Below the pieces are notes generated by a model, which worked only from the letters and a program-made list of their open reading frames with translations, was not told the origin of the DNA and did no database searches. A stretch of DNA of 64,000 nt from Somniosus microcephalus (taxonomy: Eukaryota), in NCBI GenBank assembly GCA_052327205.1, contig CM126216.1, positions 60,264,001-60,328,000 on the forward strand. The letters run 5' to 3'. Position numbers and translations under genes: made by a program. Within the stretch, counting starts at the first letter, position 1. Each line of letters opens with the position of its first letter. Positions 50,220 through 63,200 of the stretch are shown piece by piece.

Positions 50220-51284
50220 TCCCCGCCCCCCTCCTCCCCCCCCACTTCCGCCAAACTAGTTGAAACTCTTTGCTGGGGCAGCTGTGGGCCCACTACAATT
50301 AGCCTGAATTCCCTGGGCTACACAGGGCGGGTGAGTGACAGCAGGGAGTCAGGCAGGATTCCCATTCCTGATTGTCAACTAATGTAGGCTCGGGTGAGAA
50401 TAGGGTATGGATTGGCTGTGCTGGCCCCCTGATGTTGAATAACTTGCTGGGCCCACATAAGAATGACTGACAACTTGATTAAAGAGTGGGGGGATGGGCG
50501 GGGAAGAGATGGAGTGCCCAGCACAACACAGTGTTTTCAGGAGAAGAGAAAATTGGAAGGGGGTAACGAATCCAAAATAAAACAACTGCACAAAAGTAAA
50601 ATGAATTAAATAACAGATGCCAAAAAGTCATTTTCAGGAGTGCAATCTAATGTCAAGCTTTGGTTTTGCATTTTATTATAACTTCTGAAGTCTCTGATTA
50701 GATTCTTTGCATCTAATCAATCTCATTCATCCGTTCTCTCTTTAACCCATTCAGGGTTGCTCTGATATTTCTACACCAAGGTTTAAATTTAAGTGGATCA
50801 ATACATTCCTATTTATGGGAGGTGTGTTGTGAATTATGGAATGTTATGTAATCTTGGACTTTGCTCTAGTTCTGCTTTTGTGATCATTTGAAATTTACAA
50901 TGCCATATATTATTCTGTTTGCATCATTGGAAAATGTGTGACAGTTAGCTCCTGGAGGAATTTCACTCCTTCCTCTGAAATGCCTTCTATTAAAGGGGAA
51001 AGAGTCTCACCATCAGTATCTTGTTTAAAAATCAGTGACAATGAATGATAATGAACTTTAGATTCCATTTATTATTCTCTCTCATTTCTGTTTGAGTATT
51101 TTTATTTGAACAATTGTGATGACATCATTGGAGAGCTGTCTTGGAAGAGTTACTGAGCCTAACATGTGCAACAGCAGAATCAACATCAATAGAGATGAAC
51201 TGCATTTCACTCTTGCATCTTAAATCACACTATATGGCTAAGAAATTCTTCTAAATTAGCTCTGCAAATATTTTTTTTCCCTCA

Positions 51285-51710
51285 ATTTCCCCCCCTTCTC
51301 CTGAAAGCATTGACCCCTTGCATGTGTACGGTTCCACAGGTTCCAGCAGACCTTTGAAACTTTACACAAGCAGCCATCCTTCATTCTTTGCATCCTTTGC
51401 AGAGCAAGTCAGCAGGCCACTTTCCACAGACGGTGTCACTGCTGGACCAGATCTCGTCCACACATCCACCCACATACATGCACATAGTTTCCAGCAGGGT
51501 TCACTGAATAGTTTTAGGGAGCGAGAACGCTCGCTGTTTTTTCCCCTCCCTAGGCCAAAAACCAATGAAGGAAATTGTACCACCCCCTCAACTGCTACTC
51601 TGGCTGAGATCAACTAACGCAATACAGACGAGGGACCAGGCCTTGATGTTCTGATCTGTATAGCTTATTGCAATATGGGCAGTATGATTATCCACTGGGC
51701 CTGCAGGGGA
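51285..51710 (-). mobile_element. Second, old tRNA-head SINE-like family (unclassified)
   Basis: Shared block CCAGCAGGG(G)TCACTG(G)ATAG...CAGGAGC.GGAAC recurs at about 8830-8950, 20610-20790, 33690-34050, 61630-61990 (-) and about 50280-50480, 62800-63200 (+); A-box-like GGCCCAGTGG at the minus-strand start. Confidence 0.55.
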
Positions 51711-54344
51711 CCTCTGATTTAATTTTTGAGGTCCAGAAAATGAGACTCCCATTTTAATATTGCCAAAACACTGAAATTATGAGAAATTTTTAATAACCAA
51801 TTCTGCATTGTGGTAACCACACTGCAGGCATAGTAGAAATTATCTGTATTTAGGAAATAGGATTGTGGGGTTTACCCCTTCCCCCTCAAACCAATGATAT
51901 CTCTTTTCTATGAATGTTCATGTGAAGCTATGGCTTCCATTTAACACATGCTTGTTTTCATCTTTAAAAGACTGCTAATTATTAAGGAATTTGCTGGTAT
52001 TTGGCACTCACTGTGTGTGGATTACTAGGCTAGAGCAGGAGAGGTATCAGCAGGTTTGAGTCATAGCAGCAGTGTGGAGATGACGAGTGCACCACCTAGA
52101 TACCAAAGTTTGCTGGCTGGAAATATTCACAGCATTTTTCCAGTCAGATAATTTGGAAATATCTTGTAAACTTCTATGCGGCATGTGGAACTCATCCAGT
52201 TATTTCCTTTGCATTCTGTTCATATCAAAGAAAGTGCACCATTGTGGCATTAAAATGCTCGGCTCTGTGACTTTGGTCACTGTTAGTAATAACCTAACAG
52301 TCCATCAATCATCACTATTGCTGCTCTTTCATTAACAGCGATAATTCTCGAATATGATTGATGCTGCTGATGCAGTCCTTGGAACATTTAGCATTGCCTG
52401 GGCTTTAACAAGCCCTTCATCATCTCAATCTCTTCATCCAATATATAAGCACTATCTTGTTTATCATAATCTAAAGATACTTAAAGCATACAACCAGCAA
52501 CTTCCTAACACAGTGGTTCAGTTGCTGCAAAAGAAATCTCCGTTAGACCCTGACTAGTAATGACTGATGATGCATGAGAAGATGTATCTATTTACGGTGT
52601 TTAAATGATGTATTAACATTTGCCTTTCTTGAAACTCCAGAGCAGAAGGTTCATTTTTCTTTATTGCATCTTTTAAATGACGGCGCCCCTTTCTGTATGG
52701 TCTGTTTGCAAATTTCAGGTCAATTTCACAATTTCAAAGACCAACCAGTCAGTGAATCTCTTATGTGCTCAGAATTGATCTGGTAGCAGAATTATCAGTA
52801 ATTAAATGAATGCAATGAAACTTCAATGACTTTAAATATTAAAAAAAGTAGATTTAAATCACAAGCAAAACTGAAGCAGAACACAAAGTGCATGTGTTTC
52901 AGTAAATTCTAAAGGAGCAGTCTTGTTTAAAAATGTATTTTTGAAATAAAAAGCATCTACTTGCCCTCATTCCATCATAGGGGCTTTCTTGTTTTTGATT
53001 GTGATCCAAGAGTAAGACCTTATGGGGAAAGATTTCCTCTGTGTATGAGGTACTGCAAAATCAGGTTTATAATTTTGCTACACTTAGCACACAAAGGAAA
53101 CCTTTATCTTGTATCGAGTAAAATAATACAGAGAAAGAGATGGCTTTCACAGCAATTAATATATCAGGTCGAGACATTATATAATGTGTTCATCTGGTTT
53201 CACAAGATGATTCAAATATCATTCATTGGTACTTAGAGTTTATTGACCAAATATTGTTCAGTTACAATGCGGGAGAAAACCCTAGCCCCTCTCAGCATGC
53301 ACAAGGGGTACATTCTTTCTAATTGTTTTCTCATCATCATGGAGTTAGCTTCACCTAACGCTATTGCTTTAAGTTGAAACTCTACATGAAAATGCATATG
53401 GCATCCACTTTATGTCAATAGTTAATTTCTTTCATTGTATTTTTTTTGTTTGCTTTGTAGCCTATCCTGATTATTTTAATCGGTTTAATAATTGTAAACT
53501 TAGATTTAGGCTTAAGAAAAGCATAGCTTGAACCTTTTTTTTAAAGTATGCAAATTTTTCAACCATCTCAACGAAATCATGGTGTTCAAGATTTTTTAGA
53601 TAGATTTACTCAAGTAATAGCACAGTTACACTTCAGAGCCAACTCATCTTTATGTATGAGCTTCTCATACTGTTAAATTGCAGCATCAGTTAGGCTGACG
53701 GAAAGGGTTTCTGTCTCTTTATCCTTTGTACTGTGCTGTGTGAGAGTGTTACCGTTAGCATGTGCTGTGCAGCAGGTCTTGTTATCAGACAGATTGTGTA
53801 AAATGATACTTTTTGTCAGACTGACCTTTCTCCAGTACACAGAAGCTTACAAAACCTCGGAGGCCTCCTCTGCATTTTATAAAGTGGTTTACTTGTTATT
53901 GAAGTTTCATTCAGCACCTTGCGCAAAATACACTGGAACCTGTTTTCTGATCACTTTCGTTAAATACCTACCCTTGCCCCTTAATTACAACCAATGAGTC
54001 TCTCCACCTCTGATATTAACATTTTATTAAGGCTGCTGTGCATCTAAAGCCTACTCAAAGTTGCTATCCAACAGCCTGGATCTTATAACTTGGGTTGCAG
54101 CCTGTGTTAAAATAATATCAATCAGAAATTCTAGACTAATACATATTATATGGTACAATTTCTCAGATGTGAATATTTGCCCTGTTACGTTAAGTGTACA
54201 GGAAGGGGAATGTGTTTGTGTATGTTTTTAATGTCCATGCACACTTAATCACTGAACAGGTAAATTTGTTGTGTTCATTACTTTTTGCTGTAAAAATATA
54301 TATTCCTGATGTAGAAATTTAAAATATGTTGCTTGAATTATCAC

Positions 54345-55030
54345 TCAATGCAACATACTATTCTAGATCAATGTAATATAGTGAAACACAACATACAGTT
54401 TCAGGTCAATGTAATACCACAAAACAAATCATACAATTTAAAACCAACGTGGTACCAGGCTGTGTAACCTAGCCTAGTATTCTAAATCAGTACGTACACC
54501 ATGCAATGTAATTTAAAGTTCTAGAGCGGTGCAATACTAGACAATGTAAATATATGTTTTAGATGAATGTGTTCTCCTTGCAGTGTAACATAATGTTCAG
54601 AATCAGTAAAATACATGTAGTGTACCTTATAGTATTAGGTTAATGTGTTCACTCTACAGTGTAATATAATAGTTCTATCAGTGAGATACCAGATTATGTA
54701 TCCTATGCTTCTAGATAAGTGTTCATTGTAGCTTATAGTTCAAAAAATGAATGAGATACAATGCAGTGCAATATATAGTTTTAGGTCAATATGTTCATCT
54801 TGTAATATTATGTACACTTCTAAATCATGCAGTGTAACCTGCTGTTCTAGATCAATGTGACACCACAGCATAGCATACACTTCTAGATTAATTGATGCCA
54901 TTTTGTATAACATACTGTTCTAGATCAATCTGACACCATGCAATATAACATACATTTCTAGATCAATGACATGCCATGCAGTGTGACATACTGTTCTAGA
55001 CCAGTGAGGTACAATGTAGCATACAGTCTT
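54345..55030. repeat. Degenerate minisatellite, unit about 38 bp (CATGCAGTGTAACATACTGTTCTAGATCAATGTGACAC)
   Basis: TTCTAG(A) and TGCAGTGTAACATA recur at roughly 35-40 bp spacing; best preserved at 54825-55010. Confidence 0.8.
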
Positions 55031-57133
55031 CAAGCAGTTCCAAGCTATCCTATTATTGTAAGTATAAAACTACATTTTTCTAAATAAATTTGATGCTGCA
55101 GTGAGCTTTATGTGTGCTCTTATTAAGTTGTGCTCCTGTTAAGTGCGGGAATTAGAAAAAGGAAATCTCTTGCATATCAAAATGTTACACTTTTAATCTG
55201 GAGTCTCTTACCCAACTGAAAGACTGCTTAGAACTTCATGTAATTGGTGAGATATCCTTTTGAACACACTGTAGATCCCAGTAGAAATATTTGAGTTTAT
55301 AAGTGATTGTGTGACACTGTACACTGCTGACAACTATTAAGAATGAACATCCACTGCAATGAAGGAATAAGGCATGGTCTTGTGCTTGTGAGTTTCCATA
55401 TGGCCCAGTGTCAGCTGTGTCACTGGGTGAAGTGCAAGCTGAGGCATGGCGCTTCCCCACAGTAGACCAGGAAAATTGCTGGCCACTCACTTGGGTCTGA
55501 GCAGCTGCTTCAAGAGCACACTGGCAAAGGCCCAGAAATGTAAATGTAAAGTATGTGCAAGGGAAGAGGAGAAATCATTTGTTGAACTAAATCTGTTAGG
55601 CGTGTGCTTCAGAAAGAATGCCATTGATTGTGTGGAGGTAAGGAAGTAGTACAGACTGAACTGGAGCAGTGTGCCATTCGAGAGCCAGGATGGTCAAAAT
55701 CTGTTTGATATTGCCGAAAGGATTTGAGATGTCTTTCAGAAACAGTGAGAGACTGAAAGAAGTTGCTGTGCGCTGAGTACGAGGGAGTGAAGATAAGCTG
55801 GAATTGTTATTCTGGTCAAGCTAGCATTATCTAATTATAGGAGGTTTTTTTTTCCTTTGTTTCCTATTGTTAACCAAAGAAAACATGGTACACACTAATA
55901 AGAAAATTCATACATTGTGTGACACACAGAAGGAAATGTATCAGGTTACAGATAGTGTGTGCCATGGTGAGATCGAACTCTGTTCTTTCATCTTGGGGAC
56001 CTTGCATGGATCTAGGTTTTACTCTAGTTTACAGAGCAGGGAAGGGAGTTTCCTCTCATTGTAATTGTTAAGGGTTTTAAGTTAAGACACTCTCTATTTA
56101 GTTCCTTAATGGACAGGCATCAGCAACATAATACCTATCCATAATGTGGCATTAATTGGGTACTCTGACTATGGGAGACCATAAACACGGCTTTATCAAA
56201 TTGGAAAACTATCTGTTCTGCAACAATAGCATGAATGAACAGATATTTAAAAAAACACTGGAAAAATAAAAAGGTATAAGTATTCCATTGTCATCCATTC
56301 CAGGTGATGTTTCTTGACTCTGCTTAGACCATACCCAATTAATCCACCTACTCTTCTGAGTTGCCTTTAATCTTCTAAATGCTTTTAATTTAAGGTGGTA
56401 TATGCAGATTGTGATAAGCAGTGCTCCTGTAGTAGGATGGAAATGGCTGGAAAGTCGGTCTGTTTTCAGATTTGACCAACGGTGACTTGATCACAGATGG
56501 GCTCATGAGCTCCAGAGGCAGTTCTGAAGGAAGACTTTCATTGGTCTATAGTTGGTTCCAGCTTTCAGCTAAAGAGCCAGATAAAATCATTCTAAATTGG
56601 AAACTGTGGCCTTTCAGTCTGACCTGCGCCATACACTTCCCAGCACTCCATAGCCCAGTCATAAAGCAGGCCGCAGTTTATACCAGGTATCTTTCCAAGT
56701 CTGTATTCTTGTGAATGAGATAGTTTGCATTTTTGCCTTTCAACAATAGTTTGAACAGCAGGCAATATTCTGGCCTTGTATAATACATAACCCATGGTAG
56801 AGAGAATCATTCACCAAATTCTCAGCTCCCTGAGCTGCTATTTTACTGCTCCAAATGTAAGCAGATGTGACATTTAATATTGTTTCATACTTATACAGGG
56901 CACATCGACAGATTCTCCTCGTACTGAAATACTACAAGCTGTTATGTTATCTCATTTGAGTTTGAAACAGCAGGGTAAGAAGTAGAACACAAGTCAGGTT
57001 CCTTGAGGGTAAAAAAAGATGGCTGAATAACTGATAAAGGCTGGATGCTGATCCAGCAGCACTTAGCTCTGCCAAGATTGACAGAGTGACTGTCGCACAA
57101 GAAACTAACAGATTTTCGGTTCTTTCTGTGCAG

Positions 57134-57242
57134 GAACGGGTGCCCTTTGAGAATCTTGCACAACAGCTGACAGGAAAAACAGGGGAAGAGGTGAAGGTTG
57201 GTCCAGGGGTTATTGACCTCACAAGGCCAGAGGACGCAGAAG
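57134..57242 (+). CDS. SOX6: SOX6 internal coding exon, 109 nt, phase 0/1
   Basis: Branch-point-like CTAAC at 57105-57109, ttctttctgtgcAG acceptor, AAG|GTGAGT donor. Encodes [36 protein letters not shown]; [14 protein letters not shown] is SOX6-type rather than SOX5-type. Confidence 0.95.
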
Positions 57243-59800
57243 GTGAGTGGGTGCCCCCGAGATGTAACAAAAGCTTACTCGTTCAATGACTAGTCAAATA
57301 AAGTCAGTTAAATGTATGCTTTAATGTTGGTACTTTTACATCAGCTTCACCTTTTTTCTTTTCTTTTTCTTATTCACCCTTTTTCCTTGAGTATCATCAG
57401 CAGCCTACACATTGTAATTCTAATTAACTCCACGCTTAATGCTGCCATTCATTGTAAGCATTTAAAAAAAGCAAATAATGCTATGGACAGTAATCGCAGA
57501 ATCATTTCACATTTAAAAATGTAAATTGAAATTATTTGATTCTATTTGGGATATTTCCAGATGTGCCCAGATGAGTGTGTAATCAACACAACTTAAGAAA
57601 CTTGAATCGGCACTCCTCAAGACATACCCCCAAAGCATTTCTAAGATCTTGGAGGGGGGGGGGACAAGCAGGGGGCGGGACAAGCAGGGGGCAGGTAGAA
57701 GACTCTCCTGTCACTTTTTACATTGACACTAGGTGGAAACCAGACGAATCTAGGTTCTGCCCCAAATTATGGCCCCACCCTCCCGCCTACGTCCACCCAG
57801 TCCCTGGAATGTCATGGTCTGTACATCCATCAGAGTTCCCCAGCAGTTTAGAGCGGGAACAGGCAACTGAGTTTCCTGGTGGTTTAAATGCTGGTGGAGA
57901 TTAATGTGTCTGCGCTCCATGGAGGTGAGTTGGGAATTTGCTGGAGTAATCTGGTGGTTTTGTGGGGATGGCAGAGTGTTAACTCCATTAGGGCATTTGG
58001 GAGTAATGTGTTTCCTGGTTGCCCAGTGGATTAATACTTCTAAATTCCCCGTGCATCCCGCAACTGCCCCAAATTGGGTACAAAGAGAAAGGCCTGGGCC
58101 CAAGAATAAAATGGCAACCACAATCTTCTCAAATCCAACTAATTGAGCATAAATTCTCCCAAAGAAAATTGCCAATAACCCATCAATTGTAATATGATCT
58201 TGTTGACATAAAAACAAGTCAATCTCTCATGGTGTTGCCAAGTGTAGTTTTCAGGTAATGTAGATATAGTGGGCGAGGAAAATTGGACCAGGATGCACAG
58301 ACATAATGCAGTCCCTATTTTAAAGATATAGGCCCTGATTTTAACCAACGGAATGGGACAGGTGAGCAGTTAAAATTGCAAAAATCGACTTCCCACTCCA
58401 TTCCCACCAATGCCCATTTTAACTCCGGAGCTGATTCAGATCAGAAACACGCTCCCCAGAAACGGGCGAATGCCTCATCAGTAAATTCAAATAGGAGCTG
58501 GCGACGTCATTTGGACCCCAACGCATTTCTAACTGGGCGGGAGCGACACCCGTCAACATTTTGCAGGATGCCAGCATGATGTCTTCCTCGCCACCTCCTC
58601 AACCAATGCCAACCATATTAACAGAAAGCCAGCTGGGCCCGACTGGCTCGGGAGAAGCCAAATGCGGCAGTTTGCAGCCAGGGCCCTCGGAGGCTTGATC
58701 GCCCAGAAGCCGCTGGCTAAAAGCACTTCACGTGAATAACAGAAACCTTCTACCAGCTGTGCTGAAGCCATTAAGAGCACCCAGTAGGAGTGGCCAAGTT
58801 AGTAACCATTTTAAGACTGGGACTGGAGGGGCCACTGATATCCAGCATTTACTGCTCCAGCTCTGACAGCACCATGAGTTTGGGTTGTCCTCCACCGCTC
58901 TGGTGTTGTGCAATCGCTGAAAGGGAAGAAGCAGCAAAAACGTCCCTGCTCGCCTTGTGATGGGATACAAATCTGTAAAGGAAAACTCACCAAACGTAAT
59001 GGTGTCACTTGGTAGAGGGAGCAGAGGGTACGAACTCTAATGGACAAGAAGCAAAAGCCTACAACTATGTTGTAATGCAGTAGAAACCATTTAATCGGGA
59101 AAGCTGCTCCTTTCTAATTAGCCGATCATTGCTCCAAACAGAAGTCACAGCTGACTAGCATTTCAGTTAGCTGCCACGTTCGTCTGTTTTGCATTGTATG
59201 TGAGCGTTTGAGTCTCACAGCTGACTGTAAAGCCAACAGTGGGAGGGGATTGCTGAGTTGGAGTTCCGCAAACTGAAGCGTCAGCTGTGAGACTCGGCTG
59301 TTCAACTCAAGAACCGAGTTGAGTTTCTCAGCTGACTGAACCACAATCATCCCACCTAACTGGACGAACTGAGTTTGACCATCCTGCTGAACCAGTGGAT
59401 TAGTCCGTTAGAAATCATAGCGGGATATCGGCATGCAGCAGGTCCTCCCAGAAAAGTGGATGTCCTGTTTATCTGTGCCCTGTTTAAACGGCGTGTTCTC
59501 TTTATAAAGCTCCTCAACTCCACAATCTTCAAATAAAAGTATGTTTGGAGTTCTAACTAAGATCATTTGGAGGTTCTGACACCAGCACATTGCCTGAAAT
59601 TGTCCCTCTGGTCCTCTATTGCACTGGAGCAATACACAAGCAACTACACCTGCACAGTTGTTTTAAACTCGCAAATCATGACTTCATATTCTGGCAGCCG
59701 GGCCTTCTGATTGATACAGATCAGTGAACGGGAAACCACATCACTGGCCTACATGGGCAGGCTGAGCGCTCAGCCCATGTGAGGCCAGAGAAGATAGCAG

Positions 59801-59820
59801 TCTCTCCCTCTGGTGGCAGC
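59801..59820 (-). promoter_or_regulatory. Candidate CTCF-binding site
   Basis: Minus strand GCTGCCACCAGAGGGAGAGA resembles the CTCF core CCACCAG(A/G)GGGCG; motif match only. Confidence 0.35.
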
Positions 59821-59994
59821 ATTTATATTTGTGGCTGGAACATCTGCCGCTTTCAGGGCTGCTGGCATAAACCATCTCCTTGGGTGGGTATCAGCATCGC
59901 CAGAGACAAAGGTGCTACCTCATGTTATTTATAACACTGGCCCCAAAGCTGGGGCTGCCATTGTTAGCAATGTTGCACATTGATCATTTACATC

Positions 59995-60285
59995 TGCCTG
60001 CATCTGTATCCTCAACTTTTTCTGTCAATCTGCTCCTTTTTGTGTGTGTATGGGTATTGATTGGTGTATGTTTGCGTATCACGCTTTGCGCAAATGTACG
60101 TGTGTTCTTCTCACTTTTTGTGCATATTTGCATCTCTCTATATTGTTTGTATAGCTCTCCTTCCTTGTGTGTGTGTCGCTCTCCTTGTATTGGTTTCTCG
60201 CACCTCGTATCTCTTTCTGTCTTGTGTATGCCTCTCTTACACATCCTTGTCTTTGTCGGTGTGTCTCTCCCTCTCTGTCTCACTC
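59995..60285. repeat. Decayed (TG)/(TC) low-complexity tract
   Basis: Strong T/C/G bias; it explains four overlapping spurious ORFs. Confidence 0.8.
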
Positions 60286-62799
60286 AGCGGATAACAGTGT
60301 GAAATGGACAATATCGGCTCGGCCGCCTGTTAAGCACCTCTCCCGATTTCCATTTCGACTGACTTCGATATCATACGTTTTACACTATCGATCAAAGTCA
60401 AAATGATTCCCAGGGTGTGAATTTTGCGAGCGTTTTTTTGGACTAATTTTATACATTGTACAGACAATTCTTAACAATTTTCCCAGTGGATACAATCAGC
60501 GATGAAGTTTTAATGTTCCTGTTTTGCCGAATTGCTGCTCCTGAATCCATTCGATAGACAACCGAGTGAAAATGCTGCACATTCAGTTAGACTTTGAAGC
60601 AAGGCTGTAAACTATTCAGAGCAAACTACAACTGTAATGTAATTTGTTTAACCTCCTGCAACATTTAGGTGTAAACTGTGGGTAGTGTTTGCATGACAAA
60701 GCAGCGTCTACTTTTGTGCTTCTCATCTGTAACTGCAAAGAAAAACAATTCCTCCTGCGCCAATATTTGTCATGCATAAATATTTGTAACAGTTACCATG
60801 GTAGTTTAGAAAGAAAAGGCAAGAAACAGTAAATGTTGAAAGTTACACCGGGAACAAAGATAAATATTTCTGGACAAGAATTTAAACTTTAGATAGCGTG
60901 TAGGTGAAACTGTGTAACAGTTATCGCACGGATTGACCGTGGTCAAAAGGGAAGAGTAAGATTTTCCTTTATTTTCAATCAACCGTGAGTCCCACGCATC
61001 AATTCACCCCACAATCGTTTAGGTCTTTTTTTTTAAATGCTCAGATGTAAAACATTAGCAGATACCACAAAAGCTTCAGTGAGGCCTTTTGTTCTCTCAA
61101 CATGTGGCGGGTTTGCAGCTCCTACGCTGCCCGGGTCGTGTGTTTGTTTTAGCTTACTTTGTCAGGAGGGGGTGGGGGCAAGAATACAAGACATCTAAGC
61201 AGGAAATGGACTAATCCGAACGTGGTTTGCAACAATATTAGACAAATTTAAAAAGGGACTGATTATCCATTACGATAGAATTGACTCCATATGGACTTGG
61301 CAAAAATAAGTCTATTTTTTTTCTTCAGGTTTGAATTGATGGTTCAAATTTCCTCTGTCTAAGAATTCATATGGAGGGAATTCTTTAACATTCTCAACAA
61401 TCAGGGTAGTTGATTCCAGTTTAGAAGGCAAACTTGTGAAACCAAAAGGTTTCTTTTTATCCTCTAAACGTAACAATGAGGAAATATTATTGCACAGCAT
61501 TCAACCAGTGCCTAGTTGTTCGAAAACACAGTGTGGTTTCTTTCTTGGCTAGCTATGTGGTATGGATAAAATATTACCTGACTTGCTTCATTGCAATCCC
61601 ATAATTGTTCTCTCTTTATAAAATCCAAAGTTGCTCCCCTCTTCTGTCCTGAAGGTGCTGACTCACACAGCTTTTACAGCTGACAGCTACCTTCTGGGAT
61701 CTTTCTCAAGTGGTGTATCTTCACCGTGGATCTGGGTAATAAGTGGTAGCAAGCTGTTCAATTATGAGAGCCATCACATCCAATCCTGATTCAGTGCTCA
61801 CTCTATAATTTTGATAAACACGCACACTTTCATACAGGGGTCACTGGGCAACAATTAAGACTGGGAACTCTGGCTGATTTTGTTTTCTCCTCCTTCCCAA
61901 TTATGATGACCTGGTACCACCCAGGTGGAGATCAACTAACTCAGCACGAATCAAGGACCAAAAATGGAACTTTACTGTTCTCTATGGGTCACTTTGACTT
62001 CGGGCAGTTCATTTAACAACAGCTTTCAAATCTATAATTTTAGTAGGCCATTTAGACAGTGGAGTGACCCTTAGGAACAGTGAATGGCAAAAATAGAGCC
62101 CAGTTAGTGATAACTTTTACATAATCTAAAGATGCCAAGTTAATTACTTAGGGAGCAGTTTGCTACCCCTCAATTGCATGCTGACTGTTTGAAAATTCCA
62201 CTCTTTATTAATCAATATTTTAATTCCTAATTACTGCTTTCTGTCATCTCTAAATGTTATATTATGATTCAAATTGAAGCTGATTAAGCATGTTTGTGTG
62301 GGATTTTTTAAAGACTGCAATCTGAAAGCTTTTGAAAAGTAAATCCTTAAATCAAAATATAAATAAATAACATAAATTGGACTTTGGCTCAAAGGTAAAA
62401 TTATACTGAAGCTTTGTAAATGATATATTGTCACTTAAAAGAAATGCTATTACTTTTATTGGGCCACAACAGCTATAATTTGAGATGGTTACAAATCAAA
62501 TGTGCACAACACATCGTTCAAAAAAAGCTGTGTTGTGCTATTAAAAAAAAAGTTCAACACTGAAGTGGATGGAGGAGAATTATGCCGCAGTCATCAGATG
62601 ATGATTCCTACTTTTACTAGCATTGGAATATAACTTTAGCACTCGTGCTGTTTTGATGAACAGGAGATGCACACCGCTAAAAGAAAATCAAGAAAGTGAA
62701 TGTTCTAATGCAGTGTGATGGGGTTTAAAGAGAGAGGTCATCAACTTCTACTTTAAAAAAACAAAACTCTCCAACAACTTCATGAGTGAATGCACAGCT

Positions 62800-63200
62800 T
62801 GGCGTGATACCCAGCCGTAAGCACCAGGAAAGCCCAAGGTTCCATCGCCACTCATTGCTGAGTTGGATGATCACTGCTGGAGCAGCAACCGGGACTTTGC
62901 AGCTAATCGCAGTGCCACTGGGCTTGAGAGGGGACAGTTAGGGAGGGTTCCTCCTCTTGATTACTATCCAGTGACTCCTGCCCATCCAAAGCTCTTTTAT
63001 TATACCGGTGACTTGTATTCTGCGAGTTCAGTGCCTGTGAGTGAGCCAGCTCCAGGTGTTAACAATGTTGCATCTAACTCCTTTATCCCAGCAGCTGACT
63101 TTATGAAACCCAGTTCTTTGTGTGCCTGCCAGCCTGTCACAAAAACAGTTGGATTTAGCAGTGCAAACACCAGGAACCAGCTCGTAGACACTGGTCACCC
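62800..63200 (+). mobile_element. Copy of the same unclassified SINE-like family
   Basis: GCTGAGTTGGATGATC...AGGGTTCCTCCTCTTGATTACTATCCAGTGACTCCTG is the reverse complement of the shared block. Confidence 0.5.

Noticed and set aside
54345-55030. CRISPR-like periodicity
   Set aside because: Eukaryotic intron; degenerate tandem units without unique spacers; no cas genes.
23593-57242. Assignment to SOX5 or SOX13
   Set aside because: KNEKxGTSPVxQVK, [24 protein letters not shown] and [14 protein letters not shown] match recalled SOX6, not SOX5.
59880-60406. Overlapping ORFs of 77-140 aa, some hydrophobic
   Set aside because: They arise from a TG/TC low-complexity tract that lacks stop codons; no splice signals or recognisable domain.
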